This document shows positions 44,055-53,155 of a DNA stretch of 61,867 bases, piece by piece. The notes under the pieces are model-generated. The model saw nothing but the letters and a program-made list of their open reading frames with translations. It made no database searches and was not told the origin of the DNA. This DNA is from Dehalococcoidia bacterium (lineage in GTDB: Bacteria; Chloroflexota; Dehalococcoidia; JAUQQI01), in contig DAOUCL010000043.1 in NCBI GenBank assembly GCA_034432015.1, positions 1 through 61,867 of the forward strand, written 5' to 3'. A program made the position numbers and the translations under genes. Numbering within the stretch: the stretch's first letter is position 1; every line of letters starts with the position of its first letter.

Positions 44055-45113
44055 ATGCAAACGGTGAGCTTCCGACCCGGCGAAGTCTACGTCGTCTACG
44101 GGGTATTTTTCACCGCCCACAGCCGGTACACCGGCTACGTTTACACCCGCCAGTTCCGGTTTTCGGATATGATGAACGACCTGGACCAGGAGTTTATCCG
44201 GCTCCAGGACGCGACCTTCCAGCGGCTCCACGCCGCCCGGCAGGAAGAGGTTCAGGCCGGCTCCCTCGTCCTCAACCGGGACCAGATCATCTTAGCGATG
44301 CCCCGGGATATCGCCGGCTACGAGCGGCCGCCCGACCGGGCCCAGATGGTGGCCGAGCGGGAGCAGCTAAAGGTTATCATTGAGGCCTGGCCCTTCACCG
44401 TCGACGGCACCATTCACCGGGTCCAGGGGGCCGGGCTGATCGATTACATCCACGACCCCCTGCGGCTATTTCTGCCGGTGACCCAGTGCGCGGTGGCCTA
44501 CAACCTCAACCCGAATCTTAACTTTCAGGCCCCCTTTGTGCTGGTGAACCGCCGCCGGGTCGAGCTGATGGTCGAGGCCACCGCCGTCGGCCGACGCCAG
44601 CCGATTCGGCCCACCGAGGTCTTAAAAAATGTGGAGGACCGGGAATTTCGGCCGGAGGCGGTGGCGGCCTTTCTGGCCTCAACCCCGATGTTTAAATCCA
44701 TACTGCCGGAGGCCCTGGCGGCCGCCTGTGAAGACTTACTCGGACGCGGCCTTATGGGCCGGCGCTGGTACCGGGCTGGCACCAACGTTTTTACGGCCGG
44801 CGGCACCGGCGACATGCTTTACATCGTCGAAAGCGGCCGGCTGGTGGCCTACGTGGCCGATTACGAAAACCGGGAATATCCCCTGGCCACCTTCCTCCAG
44901 GGCGACCTCTTCGGGGAGATGGCCATCCTCGGCGACACCGTCCGCACCTTCTCCGTAAGGGCCCTGGAGCACTCGGTCCTTATCGGCATCCACCAGGAGG
45001 CGGTTCTGGAGCTGGTAAAACAGTTCCCGTCGCTGGTTACGAATCTGATTAACGCCCTGGTCCAGCGCCACGGCCGGCTGGCTGAGGCCCGCCGGGCGGC
45101 CATCGGCACCTAG
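44055..45113 (+). CDS. cyclic-nucleotide-binding domain protein with an uncharacterised, internally duplicated N-terminal region
   Basis: The C-terminal cNMP-binding beta-roll (FGEMAILGDTVRTFSVRALE). The first 190 aa or so show two related modules of about 75 aa. Confidence 0.7.
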   Translation: MQTVSFRPGEVYVVYGVFFTAHSRYTGYVYTRQFRFSDMMNDLDQEFIRLQDATFQRLHAARQEEVQAGSLVLNRDQIILAMPRDIAGYERPPDRAQMVAEREQLKVIIEAWPFTVDGTIHRVQGAGLIDYIHDPLRLFLPVTQCAVAYNLNPNLNFQAPFVLVNRRRVELMVEATAVGRRQPIRPTEVLKNVEDREFRPEAVAAFLASTPMFKSILPEALAAACEDLLGRGLMGRRWYRAGTNVFTAGGTGDMLYIVESGRLVAYVADYENREYPLATFLQGDLFGEMAILGDTVRTFSVRALEHSVLIGIHQEAVLELVKQFPSLVTNLINALVQRHGRLAEARRAAIGT

Positions 45114-45129
45114 GGCGAGTAGGTTAAAA

Positions 45130-45597
45130 ATGCCTGAGTTCGACCCCGCCAGGCTTTTAGACCCGGGCTACTGGCTCGAACCCCAGCCCGGACCCCCATC
45201 TCTGGTCGGCCAGTTGGTAGATATCCTTTTTCTCTTGGCCATGTTCGGGGGCCTTCTGCTGGTCAACTACGCCAACCGCCGCCTGGAGGCCCACCCCTTT
45301 AAATACGGCCTCCTGCAGCGGGTGGGTCGGATCGTCGTCTTTTACAGCGCCGCCGTCGTCCTGATTTTCACCGTCCGCTACCTGGGAATCCCCTACCTGG
45401 GCTCCCGGGTTATGCTCCTGGCAGCCGCCCTGGTCGGCCTGGGCCTGGTCGCTTACGGCCTGTTTTACTACTTTGTAATTTTCCCGAAGCGGCTGGCCGA
45501 GGCGGAACGGCAGCTGGCCGTCGAAAGGTATATGCCGGCCCCGAAGTCGGAGCGCAAGCGGCGCAAAAAGAAGAAAAAAAGCGCCGCTAACCGATAA
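45130..45597 (+). CDS. hypothetical membrane protein with a poly-Lys C-terminal tail
   Basis: Three hydrophobic helices and a C-terminal KSERKRRKKKKKS. Lies 17 nt after the cNMP gene. Confidence 0.5.
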   Translation: MPEFDPARLLDPGYWLEPQPGPPSLVGQLVDILFLLAMFGGLLLVNYANRRLEAHPFKYGLLQRVGRIVVFYSAAVVLIFTVRYLGIPYLGSRVMLLAAALVGLGLVAYGLFYYFVIFPKRLAEAERQLAVERYMPAPKSERKRRKKKKKSAANR

Positions 45598-46582
45598 GCT
45601 CCCGGGCGTAAGCGAAAAGGGCCGGGGACCCCCCTGTGTGCAGGAAAATGACCGTCTCCTCGGGTCCGACCCAGCCGGCCCGGATGTGGCCGATGAGGGC
45701 GGCCATCGCCTTCCCGGTGTAAACCGGGTCCAGCAGGATCCCTTCGGTGCGGGCCACCAGCCGGATGGCCTCCCGGGCCTCGGGGGTGAGGTGGCCGTAG
45801 CCCGGCCCCAGGTAATCCCCGTCGATGGAGACGTCGTGGGGCTCGACGCCGACGTTGAGGCCGAGTAGTTCGGCGGTATCCTGGGCCAGGGCCCAGATGG
45901 CCCGCCGCTGCTCGTCGGGGGGCCGGTAGACGGCGACGCCTTTCACCCGGTAGGGGGCCGAAAAGGCCTTGGCCCCGACGATGAGGCCGGCCAGGGTCGA
46001 CCCGCTACCCACCGCCAGGTAAAGATAATCGGGCTTTACGCCCAGTTCCACCGTCTGGCCGATAAGCTCCAGGCTGGCCAGTATGTACCCGGCCGCCCCG
46101 TAACGGCTCGAACCGCCCAGGGGGATAATGTACGGAACCTCCCCCTGGCGGCGGAGGTGCTCCGAGACCTCCTCCATCGCCTTATCCAGCTCGTCGGGGC
46201 TGGTGGCCGGGGCCTCGATTATCTTTACGTCCGCCCCAAAAAGGTTATCCAGCAGGAGGTTGCCCTGAAGCTCGGTGTGAAAACCCGAGGCCAGCACCAA
46301 GACGCATTTCAGGCCCACCCGGGCGGCGGCCGCGGCCGTCTGGCAGGCGTGGTTGGACTGGGTGCCGCCGCAGGTAATCACACAGGTGGCCCCCACAGCC
46401 CGGGCCCGGGCAAGCAGAAACTCCAGCTTCCGGAGCTTGTTGCCCCCAAGGGCTACCCCCGTCAGGTCATCCCGTTTGATGAAAATTTTCGGCCCCCCCA
46501 GGGCCTCGGTGAGCCTGGGGGCATACTGGAGGGGGGTAGGAAGGGTTGCCAGCCGGATACGTTCCAGGTTTGCCAGTTTCAT
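45587..46582 (-). CDS. PLP-dependent D-cysteine desulfhydrase / ACC deaminase family protein
   Basis: TPLQY..RL......I.IKRDDLTG.ALGGNKLRKLEFLL. The start is trimmed to ATG 46582. Confidence 0.8.
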   Translation of the reverse strand: MKLANLERIRLATLPTPLQYAPRLTEALGGPKIFIKRDDLTGVALGGNKLRKLEFLLARARAVGATCVITCGGTQSNHACQTAAAAARVGLKCVLVLASGFHTELQGNLLLDNLFGADVKIIEAPATSPDELDKAMEEVSEHLRRQGEVPYIIPLGGSSRYGAAGYILASLELIGQTVELGVKPDYLYLAVGSGSTLAGLIVGAKAFSAPYRVKGVAVYRPPDEQRRAIWALAQDTAELLGLNVGVEPHDVSIDGDYLGPGYGHLTPEAREAIRLVARTEGILLDPVYTGKAMAALIGHIRAGWVGPEETVIFLHTGGSPALFAYARELIG

Positions 46583-46644
46583 CCCGACCTCGCTTTGGGC
46601 TGAAGGTTTTCCGGTTGATTTTAGCGAATCGGGCCCGGTCGCCT

Positions 46645-46654
46645 CTGGTATAAT
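46645..46654 (+). promoter_or_regulatory. candidate extended -10 promoter (CTGGTATAAT)
   Basis: TGGTATAAT, followed by the AAGGAGGAAGG RBS and GTG 46689. Confidence 0.45.
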
Positions 46655-46688
46655 CCTGCCGAAAAGCCTGCCCCAAGGAGGAAGGCCC

Positions 46689-47594
46689 GTGCGCATCGGC
46701 TTCATCGGCCTGGGGAAGATGGGCCAGCCTATGACCCGCAACCTGCTCAAGGCCGGCTATGAGGTGGGGGTTTACAACCGGAGCCGGGCCCCCGTCGAAG
46801 AGCTGGCGGCCGAGGGGGCAATCCCGGCCGAGAGCCCGGTGGAGGTGGCCCGGCAGGTGGATATCGTCATAACCAGCCTGCCCGACCCGCCCACCGTCCG
46901 GCAGGCCTACCTGGGGCCGCAGGGGGTTGCCGAGGCGAGGCGGGTCGGCCAGCTCTGGGTGGATACCAGCACCGTGGACCCCGAGACCAGCCGGGCCCTC
47001 TATGAGGCCGCCCGGGCGGTGGGGGCCGCCTTTCTGGACGCGCCGGTAAGCGGCGGCCCGCCCGGGGCCGAGGCCGCCACCCTCACCATCATGGTGGGGG
47101 GCGACCGGGAGGCTTTCGAGCGGGCCCGGCCGGTCTTTGAAAAGCTGGGCAAAAATATCCATTACTGCGGCCCATCCGGGAGCGGCACCATCGTCAAGCT
47201 GGTAAACCAGCTGCTGGTGGGCATCAATATGGCGGGGGTGGCCGAGGCCCTGGTCTTTGCGGCCAAGGCCGGGGTTGACCCCGAGGTGGCCTTCGAGGTG
47301 ATAAAGACCAGCTACGGCAGCAGCATGATGTGGACCCGGTCCACCCCCCTCATCCTCCGGCGGGATTTTGCCCCCCGCACCCCGGTGGGCCTCCTCTGCA
47401 AGGACCTGGACCTGATCACCCGGCTGGCGACCCGAATATCCACCCGCCTCCTGATGGGGGCCCAGGCCGAGCAGGTCTTTCAGGAGGCGAAGGCCCTGGG
47501 CCTCGGCGACCAGGACATGGCCGCCCTGGTCCTTCCCCTGGAGCGGGTCGCCTCGGTGGAGGTGAAGCCGGGCGGGGCCGGTTCCGGCGCCTAA
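46689..47594 (+). CDS. NAD(P)-dependent beta-hydroxyacid dehydrogenase (3-hydroxyisobutyrate / 2-hydroxy-3-oxopropionate reductase family)
   Basis: IGFIGLGKMGQPMTRNL, DAPVSGG, and a C-terminal NAD_binding_11-like helix bundle. GTG 46689 follows a strong RBS. Confidence 0.85.
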   Translation: MRIGFIGLGKMGQPMTRNLLKAGYEVGVYNRSRAPVEELAAEGAIPAESPVEVARQVDIVITSLPDPPTVRQAYLGPQGVAEARRVGQLWVDTSTVDPETSRALYEAARAVGAAFLDAPVSGGPPGAEAATLTIMVGGDREAFERARPVFEKLGKNIHYCGPSGSGTIVKLVNQLLVGINMAGVAEALVFAAKAGVDPEVAFEVIKTSYGSSMMWTRSTPLILRRDFAPRTPVGLLCKDLDLITRLATRISTRLLMGAQAEQVFQEAKALGLGDQDMAALVLPLERVASVEVKPGGAGSGA

Positions 47595-50371
47595 TCTGCC
47601 CGGCCGGTCTCCCGCCGGGCCCGGAGTTTCGCCTCCCGCAGCCGGCCCAGGTCGGCCGTGGGGGCGGCCCCCGGCCGGCCGGGTTCGGACCCGGCCTCGG
47701 GCCTAACCTGGCCCAGCCGGCCCAGCATCGCCGGGACCTCCACAGCCCGGCGGGCGGTCAGCCGACGGCGGACGGCGGCGGCCACCGCCGCCCCAAGGGC
47801 CCCCGGCCCGACCCCCAGCTGCCGCCAGGCCACATCCAGGGGCCAGAGGGCCGCGGCCAGGAGCAGCAGCCAGGGGTAGAGGGGCGTGCTCTGCCGCACC
47901 GGCCGGAAGGCGGCCTTAAAGACTTCGGCCGGCTCGGGGTTAAGGCGGCCGCCGGTGGTCCGGACCAGGCCCGAAAGCAGGGCCGGATTCGGGGCCGGGT
48001 CCCGGTATTCGGCCGAGTAGGCCACCGCCAGGGCCGTGCGGTCACCCCGCACCGTCCGGTCGCCCGCCTGTTCGGTCACGGCCACGTAGTAGGTGCCCGG
48101 CTGGCCGGCCGGGAAGACTCCTTCGAACTGGCCCGGCCCTGTCTGGTCGAGGCGGACGGCCCTTACGGCGCCGTCGGGGCCGACGACCCGGGCCTCCAGG
48201 GTGTGACCCTCGGGCAGGGTGGGCCGGTCCAGGTCCACGGTGATAAAGCCGCCGGCCCCCTCGGCCCTTACCGCAGCCCGGAGGCCCTCCCCGGTGGGGG
48301 CCGCCCCCGCCCAGTCGACCACCTGCCGCCAGAAGGTGGGGAAACCGGCCCAGGTCACCCAGTCCCGGGCCCAGCGGCCCTTGGCGTCGGAGGTCCAGGC
48401 CACCACCCGGCCCAGGCCAGTCTGCCAGGCGGCCAGGATGGGGTCGTCCTTGGCCGACCTTAAAACCACCTGGGCCCCGGTCTTGGGGCTTGTGCCCAGG
48501 TAGCCGTGGAGGGGAGGCAGGCCGGTCAGGCCCCGCAAAATGGGGCTCGGGTCGGTGGGGGCCGGTCGGAAGGTCTCTTCGACGATGATGGTTCGTTGAA
48601 CCTCTTCCGTCTCCTTGACGAGGATCTGGGGGACATCCCGGGCGTCGGCAACGGCGTAATAGCGGCCGCCCCCTTCCTTGGCCAGGGTTTGGAGCAGGTC
48701 GGCCGAGCCGCCCCCGACCCCGATGGTGGACAGGGTAATCCCGTGGGCCTTCATCTCCCGGACCAAGGCGCTGAAGTCCCCCGTCCGGGACCAGCCGTCG
48801 GTCATCAACACGATGTGCTTTACCGCCGCCTGGCTCTTCTTCAGGGCCTCAACGGCCTCGGCCAGGCCGGCGTAAATGTTCGTCCCTCCCTCGGCCCGGA
48901 CGCCAGCGAGCAGGGAGAAGATACGCTGGAGGTCGGCGTTGGGCTCGGGCCGGGCAATCCAGCGGGCGGCGCTGTCGAAGACCAGCACCCCCACCTGATC
49001 CCGGGGGCCGAGGCGCTGGAGGGCCTGAAAGGTCGCCTCTTTGGCCAGTTCGATTTTGGGAATGTTGGGCGGGGGGCCGGCGAGGGGCGGGGAGCCGCAG
49101 GCCCCGGAGGTGCCGTGGCAGTTGCCCATGCTGCCCGATTTATCGATGACGGCCACGAAGGCCACGCTCGGGGTCTCCCGGTAGCTTTTGGGCTCCAGCT
49201 CCACCGGCAGCAGGTCGGCCAGGGGCGTCCGGTGGTAGGCCCCCAGGGCGTAGCTTCGCTCGCCCCCGACCACCACCAGCCCCCTCCCCAGCTCCCGGAC
49301 CAGGGTCGAAAGGACCCCTAGCTTTTCGCCCAGGGCCTCGGCCGGGACGTTGGCCAGGATGACGACGTCGTAGTCCCGCAGCCGGTCCAGGCTCCCCGGC
49401 ATATTCTCGGCCTCCACCTCGGTCACGGGCATGCCGGCGGCTTTAAGGGCGGCCGCCACCGGGCCCCGGTCCGCTTCCGCCCCCACCAGGAGGGTGCGGG
49501 TCTGGCCCAGGACCTGGACCACGGCCAGGGCCTCGTTGTTCTGGGGGTAGGTGTCGGGGGCGTTGGTCACCTGGAGGACCAGGTTGTGAAAGCCGGGCGG
49601 GAGCGGACCCACCTGGAAGGCGAAGTTATTAAAGCCGGCCTGAAGTCGGACGGCCTGCTCGGCGACGGGGACCCCGTCGGCCAGGAGGCGGACGGTGGCG
49701 TCGGCGGCCTGGTTGGCCCAGACCGTCCCCCGGAGCTCCAACTGCTGGCCTTCCCGCACCCGGCCGGGGGCCACCAGCCCCTCGGCCCGGACCTCCGGCC
49801 CCGCCCGGCCCGGCAGGGCCATCGCCCACACCTCCACCCCAGCCGCCGCCAGCAGGTCGGCCTGCCGCATCGCCTCCCCCTGGTTCTCGTTCCCGTCCGT
49901 TAAAAGGACCAGCCGGCGGGCCCGGTCCGGTGGCAGCAGGCCCATGGCCAGCCGCACCGCCGCCTCGATATCCGTTCGGCTACCGTCGGGCACCGAGGCG
50001 ATGCCCAAAAACTGGCTTCCCGGGGCCAGGCTCCGGTCCACCAGGGGCTCGGCCCCAAAGGTTATCACCGCCCACTCGTCCTCCGGCCGCAGCTGGGCGA
50101 CGGCCTGCCGGATGAAGGCCTCCTGGGCGGCCCGGTCCTCGGCCCCGATGCTGTCCGACCGGTCCACCAGGAAGGCGACGGCCAGTCGGTCCACCGGCAG
50201 GTTGAGCCTCACCCCGGCAAGGCTCAGGATTAGGCTCAGGGCTACCACTGACCGGAGGCCCACCGGCCCCAGGGGCACCCGCCGGCGGAAGCCGGCGGCG
50301 TAGACCACCAGGGCCAGGACGGGCAGGCCTAGCAGGAGGAGCAGGGGCCGGTCGAAGCCAAGGCTAGGCAC
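47591..50371 (-). CDS. large membrane-anchored protein with two vWA domains and a central GATase1-like domain
   Basis: MIDAS-type motifs VDRSDSIG and VIDKSGSMG, N- and C-terminal TM helices, and a position at the end of a MoxR/DUF58 operon. Confidence 0.75.
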   Translation of the reverse strand: MPSLGFDRPLLLLLGLPVLALVVYAAGFRRRVPLGPVGLRSVVALSLILSLAGVRLNLPVDRLAVAFLVDRSDSIGAEDRAAQEAFIRQAVAQLRPEDEWAVITFGAEPLVDRSLAPGSQFLGIASVPDGSRTDIEAAVRLAMGLLPPDRARRLVLLTDGNENQGEAMRQADLLAAAGVEVWAMALPGRAGPEVRAEGLVAPGRVREGQQLELRGTVWANQAADATVRLLADGVPVAEQAVRLQAGFNNFAFQVGPLPPGFHNLVLQVTNAPDTYPQNNEALAVVQVLGQTRTLLVGAEADRGPVAAALKAAGMPVTEVEAENMPGSLDRLRDYDVVILANVPAEALGEKLGVLSTLVRELGRGLVVVGGERSYALGAYHRTPLADLLPVELEPKSYRETPSVAFVAVIDKSGSMGNCHGTSGACGSPPLAGPPPNIPKIELAKEATFQALQRLGPRDQVGVLVFDSAARWIARPEPNADLQRIFSLLAGVRAEGGTNIYAGLAEAVEALKKSQAAVKHIVLMTDGWSRTGDFSALVREMKAHGITLSTIGVGGGSADLLQTLAKEGGGRYYAVADARDVPQILVKETEEVQRTIIVEETFRPAPTDPSPILRGLTGLPPLHGYLGTSPKTGAQVVLRSAKDDPILAAWQTGLGRVVAWTSDAKGRWARDWVTWAGFPTFWRQVVDWAGAAPTGEGLRAAVRAEGAGGFITVDLDRPTLPEGHTLEARVVGPDGAVRAVRLDQTGPGQFEGVFPAGQPGTYYVAVTEQAGDRTVRGDRTALAVAYSAEYRDPAPNPALLSGLVRTTGGRLNPEPAEVFKAAFRPVRQSTPLYPWLLLLAAALWPLDVAWRQLGVGPGALGAAVAAAVRRRLTARRAVEVPAMLGRLGQVRPEAGSEPGRPGAAPTADLGRLREAKLRARRETGRAD

Positions 50372-52253
50372 GGCCCAGCCTCCGCCCGCCGAAGGGCCGG
50401 GGCAGCCTCCAGCGAACGCGGACGCCCCGGTAAAAGGCCCACCACTCCAAAAGCATTAGGCCCAGGGCCGCCAGGGCCAGCACCTCCCAGAGCTCCCGCC
50501 GAACCTCGGTTTCGGCCGGCTGCTCCTGGGCGCCCGAGCCGACGACGGGAAGCTCCGACCGGGGGGCCGTCCGGCTCTCGTCGGGGCTGAGCAGGTTCAC
50601 GGCCGCCAGGGTGCGGCCAACCTCCTGGCCACCGGAGAGCTGGACCACCGTGTACACCCCGAGCTGGTCCGTCTGGCTGAAGGTGAAGACCTCGGACCTG
50701 GGCTCAAACGTAAGCTCCGAACCGTCGGGCCGGACTACCTTCACCTGGGTCGTCTCCGGCCGAACCCTCACCGGTACCGGGTCGCCGGGTCGGTAGACGG
50801 CCAGGGAGGCCGGGCCGGTGCGGCCGGTCCAGGCCACCAGGTTGGCAACGAAGATGGGAAAGCCGGGCTGGAGGGGAAAGTCACTCGCCTGCAGGTTGAA
50901 GGTCGAAACCACCTGCCTTCCGGCCTCGGTCTCCCGGGCCAGGAGGATGGGGGCCGGGCCGGCGGTGGCCAGAACCCGCCATTCGGCCGTGGCCGTAACG
51001 GTCCGGGTCCGGGCGAGGGCCAGGTTGCCCAGGTCCACCGACCGTAGGAGGGGATGCTCCGGGTCAAAAAAGGTCACTTCGGGGAAGAGCACCTCCGGCC
51101 CCACCTCAAAGCCGGGGCCGGCCCCGGCCGGCGGGTTAATCCACCACCAGTTGCCGGCCCCCTCGACCCGGGCGGCCACCCCGTCGAAGATGTACAGGTC
51201 GAAGCGGTCGGCGGGGAGGGGGTTATCCGGGGCTAGGCGGGTGAGCTCCACGCCCCGGATGAGGCCGAGGGCCCGCTCCAGGAAGAGGTTGCCCCGGCCC
51301 TGGTAGAGCACCCGGACCGTCTGGCGGCCGGAGCGGGCCACCCAGACCCGGTTGTCCGCCCCCAGGTCGTCGTTTACGTCCAGGACCACCTCCAGCACAT
51401 CTTCGCCGGCCGGAACCCCCGAAAAGACCGCCACCCCACCCCCTTCCGGGGTGACGGCCACCTCCCGCGCATCCAGCAGCCGTCCCCCGGCCAGAAGCTT
51501 CACCAGGACCCGGCCGGCCTGGGGAACGGACCCGTCGAGCCGGACGAAGAGGTCGTCGCCGCCGGGGCCGGGCCTGAGCTGGACGGCCGTGATCCCCAGG
51601 TTGTTGCCCCGGGCCCCTACTGGCCGAAAATCCAGGGGAACCGGCAGCCGGCCCAGGGGCAGGTTGGGTACGACCCCGTCCGAGAAGAGGACCACCCGGC
51701 CCCGCCCCACCCCCCCGGTGATGCCCACCGCCAAGCGGAGAAGCTCCCCCAGGTCGGAGGGCTCGGCCGTAACCTTGACGGCATCGAGGGCCCGCCGCAC
51801 CAGCTCCCGGTCCCGGGTCGGGCTGACCAGGACCCGGGCCTGACGGCCGCCCACCACCAGGGCGACCTCGTCGTCGGGGTGGAGGCTCTCCAGGTAGCGG
51901 CGGGCTTCCCGTTTGGCGGCCTCCAGCCGGCTGGGGGGGACGTCGGCGGCCCCCATGGAGGCCGAGGTGTCCAGGACCAGGACGTTGCGGCCGGTGGGTT
52001 GGGCCGTCTCGACCCGGAAGGGCCGGGCCGACCCCAGTACCAGGGCGGCCAGGATGAGCAGCTGCAAAAGCAAAAGCCAGCTCCAGCGGAACCGCTGCCA
52101 GGGCCGATTGGCCTGGAGGCTTGCCCGGGCGGCCGGCCAGAGCAGCAGGCTCGAGACCGGCCGCCGTTCCCGCCGGAGCTTAAGCAGATAGAGGACGATA
52201 ATCGGTCCGGCCAGCAGGAAGAGGGCCAGGGCCGCCGGTGCAATAAGACCCAT
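50364..52253 (-). CDS. BatA-like protein (aerotolerance-regulator N-terminal domain + vWA)
   Basis: The N-terminus PAALALFLLAGPIIVLYLLKLRRERRPVSSLLLW is BatA_N-like. MIDAS motif LDTSASMG. Confidence 0.75.
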   Translation of the reverse strand: MGLIAPAALALFLLAGPIIVLYLLKLRRERRPVSSLLLWPAARASLQANRPWQRFRWSWLLLLQLLILAALVLGSARPFRVETAQPTGRNVLVLDTSASMGAADVPPSRLEAAKREARRYLESLHPDDEVALVVGGRQARVLVSPTRDRELVRRALDAVKVTAEPSDLGELLRLAVGITGGVGRGRVVLFSDGVVPNLPLGRLPVPLDFRPVGARGNNLGITAVQLRPGPGGDDLFVRLDGSVPQAGRVLVKLLAGGRLLDAREVAVTPEGGGVAVFSGVPAGEDVLEVVLDVNDDLGADNRVWVARSGRQTVRVLYQGRGNLFLERALGLIRGVELTRLAPDNPLPADRFDLYIFDGVAARVEGAGNWWWINPPAGAGPGFEVGPEVLFPEVTFFDPEHPLLRSVDLGNLALARTRTVTATAEWRVLATAGPAPILLARETEAGRQVVSTFNLQASDFPLQPGFPIFVANLVAWTGRTGPASLAVYRPGDPVPVRVRPETTQVKVVRPDGSELTFEPRSEVFTFSQTDQLGVYTVVQLSGGQEVGRTLAAVNLLSPDESRTAPRSELPVVGSGAQEQPAETEVRRELWEVLALAALGLMLLEWWAFYRGVRVRWRLPRPFGGRRLGRA

Positions 52254-52264
52254 CCTTGCTTCCC

Positions 52265-53152
52265 CTAAACCAGAACCCCGCGCCGCGGCAGCTCTTTAAA
52301 GACCAGCTCTTCGAGGGGGATGCGGGTGTTCAGGGGGATAAAGTTGATGCCCCGCCGCAGACACCAGGCCGCCACCCCTTCCCGCCAGCGGCGGAGGTTT
52401 TCGGCGTATGCGTCAAGGTCGGCCGGGGTGAGGGTCACCTCCCGCCGGTCCCCGGTCTCGACGTCCACCAGCTCCAGGTCGCCCGTCAGGTCGGGTTCCA
52501 GCTCCTGGGGGGCAAGGACGTGGCAGACGGTCACCTCGTAGCCGGCGCCCTGCAGGGCCCGGAGCCCGGCCTCGAAGCCTTCAGGGGCAAAGAGGTCGGA
52601 AATTAAGATAAGGGGGCCGGGGGCCTGGGGCCGGCCGGCGTAGGCCGTAAGGGCCGCATTTAAGCGGGTTGTACCCCCCGCCTCCACGGCCTCCAGCTGG
52701 CGGAAAAGCTCCAGGGTATGGTGCTTGCCCCGGAGGGGCGGGGTCAGGGGGACGACCCGGTCGTCCCGAAGGGTCGAAACCACCAGCCGGTCGGAAGTGG
52801 CCAGGACGATGTACCCCAGGGCGGCCCCCAGCCGCAGGGCGAACCCAAGCTTTTGGGGCTCGCCCCAGTCCATCGACCGGCTGGCGTCAATGAGGATGTG
52901 GGCGGTAACGTCCGCCTCTTCCTGATAGAGGCGGACGAAAAGCTTTTCCAGCCGGGCGTAAACGTTCCAGTCGATGAGGCGGGGGTCGTCGCCGACGGCG
53001 TAGCGGCGAAAATCGGCAAATTCGACGGCCCGCCCCTTCTTGGTACTGCGCCGCTCCCCGCTCTGCCGGCCAGGCCGGGCCCGCCTTACGGCCAGCCTCA
53101 ACCCAGAAAGCTTCCCCAGCAAGGACTCGCCGAAGGTATCCCGCAGGCGCAT
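52265..53152 (-). CDS. DUF58 (vWA-like) protein
   Basis: EFADFRRYAVGDDPRLIDWNVYAR is the DUF58 signature. Confidence 0.8.
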   Translation of the reverse strand: MRLRDTFGESLLGKLSGLRLAVRRARPGRQSGERRSTKKGRAVEFADFRRYAVGDDPRLIDWNVYARLEKLFVRLYQEEADVTAHILIDASRSMDWGEPQKLGFALRLGAALGYIVLATSDRLVVSTLRDDRVVPLTPPLRGKHHTLELFRQLEAVEAGGTTRLNAALTAYAGRPQAPGPLILISDLFAPEGFEAGLRALQGAGYEVTVCHVLAPQELEPDLTGDLELVDVETGDRREVTLTPADLDAYAENLRRWREGVAAWCLRRGINFIPLNTRIPLEELVFKELPRRGVLV

Positions 53153-53155
53153 GGC

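Noticed and set aside
45560-45582. The A-rich run GCAAAAAGAAGAAAAAAAGC as a programmed slippery or frameshift site.
   Set aside because: It simply encodes the poly-Lys tail (KRRKKKKKS) 5 codons before the stop. No downstream ORF in another frame would benefit from a shift.
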